From an uncultured Gemmatimonadales bacterium (lineage in GTDB: Bacteria > Gemmatimonadota > Gemmatimonadetes > Palauibacterales > Palauibacteraceae), in the NCBI GenBank assembly GCA_963783385.1, contig CAWANJ010000009.1:32001-96000 (forward strand): DNA of 64,000 nucleotides, read 5' to 3'. This document shows, one piece after another, positions 51,709 through 60,300 of this stretch. The notes below the pieces were generated by a model. The model made no database searches, was not told where the DNA came from, and worked only from the letters and a program-made list of their open reading frames with translations. The position numbers and the translations under genes are program-made. Position 1 is the first letter of the stretch. The number at the start of each line of letters is the position of its first letter.

Positions 51709-54126
51709 TCACTTCCAGTGCATCCACTTTGTCGCCCACGAGGTGATCCCCAGGTGGCGCTTGGCCATGATGACCGGGCCTTCGATCCGGGCCGCCACGT
51801 TCTCGGGCACGCTGCCGAACACCAGCTGCTGCAGGATGCCCTCCCGGGTCGCGCCGAGCACGGTGAGGTCGTGCTGCCGGGCTTCGTCGATGAGAGCCTG
51901 GGCGATGTCGGCACCCTCGATCAGCCTCACCTTGACGGGGATCCCCGCCACCTGCTCCCGCGCCCGGTCCAGGCGCGCCGTGGCTTCGGCCCGGGCGTTC
52001 TGGTCCGCGTCGGGCGGAACCACGGTCACCAGATGGAGCATGGCCTCCCGCGAGCGGGCCACCGAGGCCGCCACCTCCGCTGCCAGGACCGCGTGCGGGC
52101 CCCCGGCCAGCGGCGCCAGGATCGAACGGACGTGCCCCTGGGCCCGTGAGGCGACCTTCTCGACGAGCACGTCGCAGCGGGCCCGGGTGATGATCCGATC
52201 CAGGTTGCTGCCCAGGACGAACTCGGTCCGCCGCGAACGGCCCCGCCAGCCCACGAGCACGGCGTCGGCCTCCGTCTGCTCGATCGTGTTGAGGATGGCC
52301 TGGGACACGTCGTGCCCGATCTTGACGGTCCCGCTCACCGGCACGTCGGGAGCTTCGCCCTCGGCGTACTCGGTGACTTCGTCCACCAGCGTCCAGTGCT
52401 CGTCGACGAACCTCCGCCCCTCCTCGAGCGGCGTCTGCCGGGGGACCGTGACGATCGCCATGAGAAGGATCTCCGCGTCCCGGTCTCGCGCCACGTCGAT
52501 GGCCGTGCGGACCAGCTGGCGCGCGTGGGCCGGGTTGGCGATCGGCACCAGCAACCGCCGCGCCCGACCCGCCATCGCCTGCTTGGTGACCACGCTGGGG
52601 GTCTCGGCCTCCATGCGGGCCAGCTCCCGGCCCTCCACGTACGCGTAGTAGACGGCCACCCCGAGGACGAACCAAGCCGCCATGACCGTCAGGGCGACGA
52701 AGCCTTCCGAGCCGGAACCGAGTCCCGGTGTGAGCCCGAGGGAGCTGAGGAGGAACGGCGTCAGGACGAGCTGGAGCAGGATGGCCAGCAGCGGCGTGAC
52801 CGGTACGAACGGGACCCGGAAGGGGCGCTCCAGCTCCGGCCGGTTCCGGCGCATGGCGATGAGCGCCACGTTCACCATCGAGAACAGGAGGATGAACATC
52901 ACCGACGAGGAGGCCGCCACGCTCTCGATCGGCAGCGTCATGGCCATCACGGCGATGAGGGCCGAGGAGGCGATGATGGCCACGTGGGGCGCCCGCGTGA
53001 GGGCGTGGATCGAGGACATCCCGTCCGGGAGGAGCTTGTCCCGGCTCATCGAGAAGGCGATGCGCGAGGACGCGTACAGGGTCGCGTTCAGGGCGCTCAT
53101 GGTGGCGGCCAGGCCGGCGATGAGGAGGAGGGGGAGCCCGTAGGGCATGAACTGCCCCGCCGCCTGGATGATTCCCATCTCGCCCAGGTAGCCCAGCACC
53201 TGCCACGTGGTGATGCCCACCTGTCCCGTGAGTCCCGCCAGCCCGAGGAGGTGCGGGTTCACTTCGATGCCGCCGATGGCGGCGAACGCCACCAGGACGT
53301 AGATGGGCACGACCACCACGAGGGAGTAGAAGATGGCCTTCGGGATGTTGCGGGCCGGGTCGATGATCTCTTCACCCGACTGGACGATGATGTCGTAGCC
53401 CTCGAAGGCGACGTAGGTGAAGCCCATCGCTGCGAGCACGCCGCCCATCCCGGTCGCGAAGAACCCGCCTCCCGCCAGGAACTTGGTCGTCCAGCCAGGC
53501 TCGCGGATCGTGGCCGCGGTGCCGAAGCCGATGAACAGGCCGAGGATGAGGATCTTGACGCTGGTGACGACGATGCCGGCCTTCCCGGTCTCCTCGGCCC
53601 CCCGGTAGTTCACGTAGGCGAAGAGCGCGACCACGAGACCGGCCAGGATCTTCTCCCAGGCGTGGCGGCTCATGCCCAGGAAGTGGAGGCCCTCCGTCCC
53701 CCCGAAGAACAGGATGCCGATGAAGGCCGTGAAGAAGGAGCCGAAGGTGACGGCGTACAGGGCGCAGGCCACGGCCTGGGCGAACCAGTTGGTCCAGCCG
53801 GTATAGAAGCCCAGCGGCCGGGGCAGGGACTCGGACACCCAGTTGTAGGCGCCCCCCGAGCGCGGGAAGCTGGCCCCGAGCTCCGCGTAGGCCATGGCCG
53901 TGAGGAAGGCCACGGCGGCGTTCAGGGCGAAGGCGACCAGGAGCGCCGGGCCCGCCAAACCCGCGGCGAAGCCGGTGAGGGCGAACACGCCCGCCCCGAT
54001 CATCGCCCCGATGCCGATGAACGTGACGCTGACCAGGCCCATGTCCCGGGAGAGCTCTCCCTCCCGGGGCGCCCCCGCTTCAGGGCGCTCGCCCGCCTCC
54101 CCGCCTGCTGCGTCCGGGCTCACCAT
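51709..54126 (-). CDS. APC-family amino acid permease fused to two universal stress protein domains
   Basis: GAMIGAGVF, YAELG..FPRSGGAY, AFEGY, SRIAFSM, RPFRVP; then LLVPIANP, LGSNLDRI..CDVLV, FGSVPENV. Confidence 0.9.
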   Translation of the reverse strand: MVSPDAAGGEAGERPEAGAPREGELSRDMGLVSVTFIGIGAMIGAGVFALTGFAAGLAGPALLVAFALNAAVAFLTAMAYAELGASFPRSGGAYNWVSESLPRPLGFYTGWTNWFAQAVACALYAVTFGSFFTAFIGILFFGGTEGLHFLGMSRHAWEKILAGLVVALFAYVNYRGAEETGKAGIVVTSVKILILGLFIGFGTAATIREPGWTTKFLAGGGFFATGMGGVLAAMGFTYVAFEGYDIIVQSGEEIIDPARNIPKAIFYSLVVVVPIYVLVAFAAIGGIEVNPHLLGLAGLTGQVGITTWQVLGYLGEMGIIQAAGQFMPYGLPLLLIAGLAATMSALNATLYASSRIAFSMSRDKLLPDGMSSIHALTRAPHVAIIASSALIAVMAMTLPIESVAASSSVMFILLFSMVNVALIAMRRNRPELERPFRVPFVPVTPLLAILLQLVLTPFLLSSLGLTPGLGSGSEGFVALTVMAAWFVLGVAVYYAYVEGRELARMEAETPSVVTKQAMAGRARRLLVPIANPAHARQLVRTAIDVARDRDAEILLMAIVTVPRQTPLEEGRRFVDEHWTLVDEVTEYAEGEAPDVPVSGTVKIGHDVSQAILNTIEQTEADAVLVGWRGRSRRTEFVLGSNLDRIITRARCDVLVEKVASRAQGHVRSILAPLAGGPHAVLAAEVAASVARSREAMLHLVTVVPPDADQNARAEATARLDRAREQVAGIPVKVRLIEGADIAQALIDEARQHDLTVLGATREGILQQLVFGSVPENVAARIEGPVIMAKRHLGITSWATKWMHWK

Positions 54127-54791
54127 AGCCGCAACGATAGGCCCGTCGGACGCCTGCGGCCAGCGCGACGCGGGCCCGTCGACCTGGCCGCGCTCCCGAG
54201 GAGCGTCGCGAGCGTCCCGCCTCTCTGGCGTGGGGGGTCCGCACATTGGGGAGCGTACGATCCGTCGGTAGCGGAACGGGCCGGAGCGGACCCGCGTTGG
54301 TGCGGTGGGCGCCACCATGGCATCTTCGGCCACTTGCGAAGTGGCACCCGCACTCTGACGCGTGAGCGTCGGGCGGCGTGCCGACGACCCCGGCTGCTTG
54401 CACCCTTTCTCACAACCAAATTGTTCACACGTCTGCATTTAGTGACGCGGTCCCGCACCGATCGGCGCGCCGGCTCGGCGGAGGCCGGCGCGAGTGCCAA
54501 CCGCGCGCAGACTGGACTTTGCGGCCCTCAATCCCTTCCGGGCACGACTCTTCCACCCCACGACGCGCCTTTGCGGCTCTTGACGTCGCCGCGTACCGCC
54601 GGGCAGCGTCGCACGGGCGTCCGCGTGACACCCGTTTTTTCTAAATATCTGTTTGCATTCAGCTCGGGCGGCGTCCTCCGCCGCCCGACGCCTGCCGTCT
54701 GACGAACGCCGGTTCAAACCGGCGCCGTAGCCGCAGAGGTCGTCGGTCCTCTGCGAAAACGAACGATGTCCACCTTCGATGGGAGTCGTGC

Positions 54792-57377
54792 ATGCGTGGG
54801 TGTGTGGTTGAGAAGATCCGACTCGTGTCGCGGTGTGCGCTCATTGCGGGCGCCTCCCTCGCGTTCAGGGCCCCGCCCGCGCGGGCCCAGGGTGCGATCA
54901 CCGCCTCGCTGGTGACGCCCAACCCGACCCCGTACGTGTCCGACCTCCAGACCCGGCCGAGCTGGGTCATGCTCACGGTGACCAACTCGAGCGGGGAGGA
55001 CGTGCGGGCGCAGGTCACCGCCTCGCTGAGCCGCAGCGGCGGAGACGTGCTGGTGGCGACGCTCGGCCCGGCGCCGGCGCCGTTCATGACGATTCCGGGC
55101 AACGCGGCGGCCCCCGCGACGACGGTGATCACGGCGCCCCGGCTGGCCCCGTGGAGCCAGTTCGCCTATACGGGGGAGGCCGGCCAGCAGATCCACGACA
55201 CGGGCCGGCTGCCGGATGGGGACTGGACGCTGTGCGTCACCCTGACGGGCCTCGTGGGCACTCAGACCCAGCGGCCCCTGCCCGACGTGACGGCCTGCTC
55301 GACCTTCATCGTCCGCTACCCCGAGGCTCCCCAGCTCCTGCTTCCCACGAACGGCAGCGACCTCACGCTTTCGACGCCCGTGTTCCAGTGGGCCCCGGCC
55401 ACGGGCGTGGACGGGGCGTCCTATCGCTTCCGCGTCGTCGAGATGATCCGTGGGCAGACGCCGCGCGAGGCGGTGGAGGCCGACCGGCCCGTGCTGGAGA
55501 CGACCCTGTACCGGCAGACGGCGCTGGTGTATTCGCCGGCCGCCTACCCGCTGCGGGCCGGAGCCTGCTACGCGTGGCAGGTGCAGTCCGTCAAGCTCCA
55601 GGGGAGCGACGTGCAGCCGATCCTGGCCCCGGTGGGCACGAATCAGGGACGCAGCCAGATCTTCACGTTCTGCTACCGTCCGCCCCACGTGGCCCAGCTC
55701 CCCGACTCGCTGCCGTCCGACACGACCGCGGGGCCGGGTATCGCGCTCCGGCTGCCGGCGATGGGCGGATCCGGCGGCGGAGGGCCTCCGGCGTACGGCT
55801 CCCGAGCGCGCGGTCCGGGCGCGGGTCTCCAGGCGTCCCAGGGGGCGCCGGCGCCGATCACCGCCACGGGCGACATTACCGCGTACGGCGAGCTGTACGG
55901 CCTGTCCGGCACCGGGGGGCAGCCGGCCCGACCAGACCAGACCGGGCGGATCCAGGTCAACACCACCCTGTCCATGGCGAACGGCCTCGTGCAGGTCCCC
56001 CTCCAGGCCCTCGTCTCCACCGACCAGGTCAGCTTCCGCCAGGAGATCGACCGGCTCGGGGTCAGCCCGACCTGGCGCGATTACACCCTCCACGCGGGCT
56101 ACTACACGCCCCGCTTCACCGACCTGACGCTGTCCGACGCCACCCTGCTGGGCGGGGGCGTCGAGGGGCACCCGGGCGGACTCCGCTTCTCGGCCGGCTA
56201 CGGCCGCGCGCGCCGCTCCATCGCGCCCGACTCCGGTCAGCTCGTGCAGCCCGAATACAGCCGCGTCATGGGCGTGGGCCGGGTGGGCTGGGAGGCACCC
56301 TCGGGGCTCCTGGCCGAGTTCACGGTGGTGAGCGCCCGGGACGACCCGAGGTCCCTGGGGCTGTTCGGGGACACGACCTCGGCGGCCTCACCGCAGGAGA
56401 ACCTGGTCCTCGGCCTCCACGGCAAGGCGCCCATCGCCGAACGGCGCCTGTGGCTCGAGGTCGAGGGGACGCGCTCGACGTACAGGGCGGACCGGCGGGC
56501 TATGGGGGACGCGACGGCCGACGTGGCCGGCTCGGTGGGGCTCACCTGGCAGGTGCCGACGTGGTCGGCCGGCGGGAAGGTGACCTACGTCGGGCCGGGC
56601 TACCACGCGCTCGGCAACACCCAGCTCCAGTCGGACCAGGTGCGCTACGAGGCCACCGGGCAGCTCCACGAGGGGACGGTCTCCCTGGGGCTCCAGGCCG
56701 GGGTGCAGCAGAACAACCTGGACCACACGCTGCAGAGCACGACCAAGCTTCGCGGGATCTACAACTTCACCCTGAGCTGGCAGGCCACGCAGCAGTTCGG
56801 CCTGGACGGCAGCGCCAGCAACATCGTGAACGACGTGCAGAGCACCGACCCCATGCTGGCGCTCAAGAACGTGAACCGCTCCTTCGTGCTCACCCCCCAC
56901 GTGGCCTTCCAGACCGGGCAGGCGCAGAATGTCCTCACCGCATCGGGCACGTGGCAGACGGCCGACAACACGTCGCCCGGCATCACGGGGCTGGAGGACA
57001 CGCGCACGGGGAGCGCCATGCTCGCCTACACGGTGAGCTTCCCGTCCGGGGTGTCGCTCACCGCGACGGGTACCTTCACACAGGTCGAGGTGGACTCGCT
57101 GAAGACGAACCTGACCACGCTGTATCCGGCGCTCTCCTTCCCGCTCGTCCAGGGTCGCCTCAACACGATGCTCGGCCTGCAGTGGACGTGGAGCGGAATC
57201 GCGGGCTCGTCCTACGATCATGAGGTGTACCCGCAGCTCAACGCGTCCTTCGCGGTGTCGCCGCGCCAGCAGGTCACCCTGCAGCTCTCCCACCGGCACT
57301 ACGCCTACGGCGACGCCATGCCGGGCGCGACGTTCAACGAGAACCAGGGGAGCCTGACCTGGAAGTACACGTTCTGA
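54792..57377 (+). CDS. Secreted protein: TANFOR-like/Ig-like N-terminal module fused to a predicted outer-membrane beta-barrel
   Basis: Signal peptide ARA-Q; PYVSDL..LPDGDWTLCV, PQLLLP..PVFQW, YAWQVQ..NQGRSQIFTF; C-terminal ~480 aa of amphipathic strands ending LTWKYTF. Confidence 0.7.
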   Translation: MRGCVVEKIRLVSRCALIAGASLAFRAPPARAQGAITASLVTPNPTPYVSDLQTRPSWVMLTVTNSSGEDVRAQVTASLSRSGGDVLVATLGPAPAPFMTIPGNAAAPATTVITAPRLAPWSQFAYTGEAGQQIHDTGRLPDGDWTLCVTLTGLVGTQTQRPLPDVTACSTFIVRYPEAPQLLLPTNGSDLTLSTPVFQWAPATGVDGASYRFRVVEMIRGQTPREAVEADRPVLETTLYRQTALVYSPAAYPLRAGACYAWQVQSVKLQGSDVQPILAPVGTNQGRSQIFTFCYRPPHVAQLPDSLPSDTTAGPGIALRLPAMGGSGGGGPPAYGSRARGPGAGLQASQGAPAPITATGDITAYGELYGLSGTGGQPARPDQTGRIQVNTTLSMANGLVQVPLQALVSTDQVSFRQEIDRLGVSPTWRDYTLHAGYYTPRFTDLTLSDATLLGGGVEGHPGGLRFSAGYGRARRSIAPDSGQLVQPEYSRVMGVGRVGWEAPSGLLAEFTVVSARDDPRSLGLFGDTTSAASPQENLVLGLHGKAPIAERRLWLEVEGTRSTYRADRRAMGDATADVAGSVGLTWQVPTWSAGGKVTYVGPGYHALGNTQLQSDQVRYEATGQLHEGTVSLGLQAGVQQNNLDHTLQSTTKLRGIYNFTLSWQATQQFGLDGSASNIVNDVQSTDPMLALKNVNRSFVLTPHVAFQTGQAQNVLTASGTWQTADNTSPGITGLEDTRTGSAMLAYTVSFPSGVSLTATGTFTQVEVDSLKTNLTTLYPALSFPLVQGRLNTMLGLQWTWSGIAGSSYDHEVYPQLNASFAVSPRQQVTLQLSHRHYAYGDAMPGATFNENQGSLTWKYTF

Positions 57378-60300
57378 TGGGGGGGCGCGTGCTGATGGGG
57401 CTGATGGGACTGATGGGGCGGACGGCGGCGGGCGCGCGGGCGCGCGGGCGCACGATCGCCCCCGCGGGGCTCGCGTTGGTGGCGCTCGCGGCCGCGAGCG
57501 CACTCCCGGGCGGGCCGTCGACGCTGGAGGCCCAGCAGCCCACGATCACGGTGAGCGTGACCGTGCCGCAGCCCTCGGCCGACTGGCAGGCGTGGAGCAC
57601 GAGCCCGTCCATCGCCATGGTCGTGCTCCAGACCACCCTGCGGCAGCCGATCGCGGTGACCTCCTCCTTCAGGCTCCTCAAGGACGGTCAGCCGCTCGGC
57701 GAGGTGCCGGGCAACATCCAGCAGCTCCCCGCCGGGAGCCAGATCCTCAGGACACCGCAGCTCGCCGCATGGAGCCGCATGCGGTGGAGCGACATCGGGG
57801 CCTCCGTGCAGCGCAGCGGAACGCTGCCGGCCGGCGCCTACCAGCTGTGCCTGGACATCATCCCGCCACCGCCGAGCGCGGACATGTCCATTCGTCTCAT
57901 GACCATCCACCGGTGCGCGAGCTTCACGCTGACGGCTCCGAAGGTCCTGTCCACGCCGCCCATGACCGTCAACCTGCCGCCGCCCCACCTGATCGCGCCC
58001 GCCAGCCGATCCGAGTCGCGGCTGCCGCAGCCGACCTTCCAGTGGACGCCCGTGGTGTCGCGCGACCACCCGCGCCCGACCTACGTGCTGCGCATCGCCG
58101 AAATGCTCCCCGGGCAGACGCCCGAGCAGGCGCTGAACGCCGGTCGGCCCCTCCTGGACCGCGAGCTGATCGGGCGCACGACCTTCCCCTACCCGGCCTC
58201 GGCCCCGAAGCTCGAGCCCGGCAAGACGTACGCGTGGCAGGTGCAGGCGCTGGCCATGCCGAGGGCCGAGGCGGGCGGCGTGAAGCCGCTCGGCATGAAT
58301 CAGGGACGGAGCGAGATCTACACCTTCCGCCGACCGCCGGTGCGGGTGGCGCGGCAGAAGCCGCAGCCGACGGGTCCCACGGCGAAGCCCGGCCTCCTGT
58401 ACGACGCCGCGCTGTCCGGTCGGCTCCTGTATACGTTCCAGCCCAACGGCGTACCGAAGCCCCGGCGCGTGTCCACCTACCTGGGCCAGCCTCCGACGGG
58501 GACGATCTTCGAGATGCAGGGCCAGCCGGGCGGGGGGCACCCGGTCGGCGGCGGGAAGACGGGTGGCCAGCAGGGCGGCCAGGGGGCCGGCGACCAGTCG
58601 GCGCCGTCCGGCGGGCCGGTGCATCTCCAGGACGCTCCGCACACGGACCCCCTCGCGGGCGTGACCGTGCGCCTCCTCGTGCATTACCGGACGGGCGACC
58701 GGTGGGTGCGCGGCGGGACGCTGGCGGCGGGCGGCAAGACGTACACGGACAACGGCAAGGTGGTGGCCAGCGCCCGCACGGCGGATGACGGTCGGTTCAC
58801 CTTCTTCTTCCACGACGACCTGCCGACGGGCCTCATCGCCCTGCACACGACGGTGTCCAGCGGGAGCGGCGAGTTCGGCTTCCACGAGAGCGGCGCGAAC
58901 CTGGCCCGCTTCTACACCCTCGAGGTCGGGGACCCGCACTACGCGAGCCCCTCCGACGAGCTCGAGAAGGGGCAGGGGGGCACCGGCGACGTGGGCACGC
59001 TCGTGGCCCTGGTGCGGAGTTACCGGCTGCAGGTCCGGGTCACACGGGCGGGCACGAAGGCCACGAAGACGGGCCTGCGGGTGCAGCTCCTCCGCCCGTT
59101 CCGGGCCGCCGGCGTGCCCGCCAACGAGGGCGACGCGCCGACCCCTCGCGGGAAGTACGGACTGTTCGAGATCATCGGGCAGGGCGTCACGGGCAACGAC
59201 GGCACCGTGACCTTCCGCCACCTGGTCAAGAACGTGGGTCCCGCCGACCGTTACTCGGTGCGGGTGTCCAGCGACCCCAACAACGTCAACGCGCGCTACT
59301 ACCCGGCGTCCGTCCCGGTCAGCCATTCGATGCCGCTCGATGATCCCGAGGGTTGGGACGATGCCGTGTTCAACGAGGGCTACAGGTCCGACCGGGTCTA
59401 CCGGGCCGACGTGCCCGTGTCCCCGCAGCCCCCGGAGTACTTCGGGACGGTGATCCGGGCCGACACCAGGAAGCCGGTCCCCGAGGCGCTCATGGTCCTG
59501 GTGCAGCACGGCGTGGGAGGCTCGATGATTTTGCATGCCGTGAAGCCTTCGGACGACGGGCAGTTCGTCATCAAGGGCTTCCAGGTGAACCGGAAGTACG
59601 TGGTGTACGTGCACGCCCCCGGCTTCCGTCCCGACTCCAACGTGTTCATGCCGGACTCGGGGGTGGCCACCCACTTCGACCACCAGCTCCGGCCCGACGC
59701 CACCGTGACGCTCTCCCTGGTGGACGAGAACGGGGCGCCCGTGCCGGGGCGGGTGCGCGTGGGCAGCGGAGCCCAGGTCGAAGCACAGCCGGTGTACGGG
59801 AACGACCAGGGCCAGGAGCTGCGGGCGGGCGCCGGTGGAGTGGCGTGGTACACGCGCGGCTCCGGCGGCGCGACGGGTGGCCAGACATCGTCGTCCGGTC
59901 AGACTCCGACGTCCGGCCAGGCGCGACGGGCGGGGACGTCGACCTCGGCGGGCGGCATGACGCGGACCGGGAGCGCGGCGCAGGCCGCGAGCTCCGGCCT
60001 CGTGCACCTGCAGGCGTGGCGCGTCACCCTCCCGGCCAACTCGGGAACCCAGACCGTGCACGTGGACGCGGGGCCCGATTACTTCCCGACCGACACCACC
60101 CTGACGATCCCGAAGGGGGCCTCGGACCTCGGCCGGGCGGTCGTCTACCTGCGCATGCGGCGGCTGCACGTGAAGGTGGTCGCCCTCGAGAAGGCGCCCG
60201 CTCCGCCAGCGGGCCGGAGGCGGCCGACCCGGGGCGGCATGCGCATCGTGCACGTCACCAGCGGCGCCTCGGAGTCCCCGATCGAGGGGGCGGTCGTGAG

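Noticed and set aside
54130-54790. Sigma54 or CRP site upstream of the TANFOR-like operon
   Set aside because: AT-rich patches are present, but TGGCAC at ~54342 lacks a correctly spaced TTGC and no full TGTGA-N6-TCACA was found.
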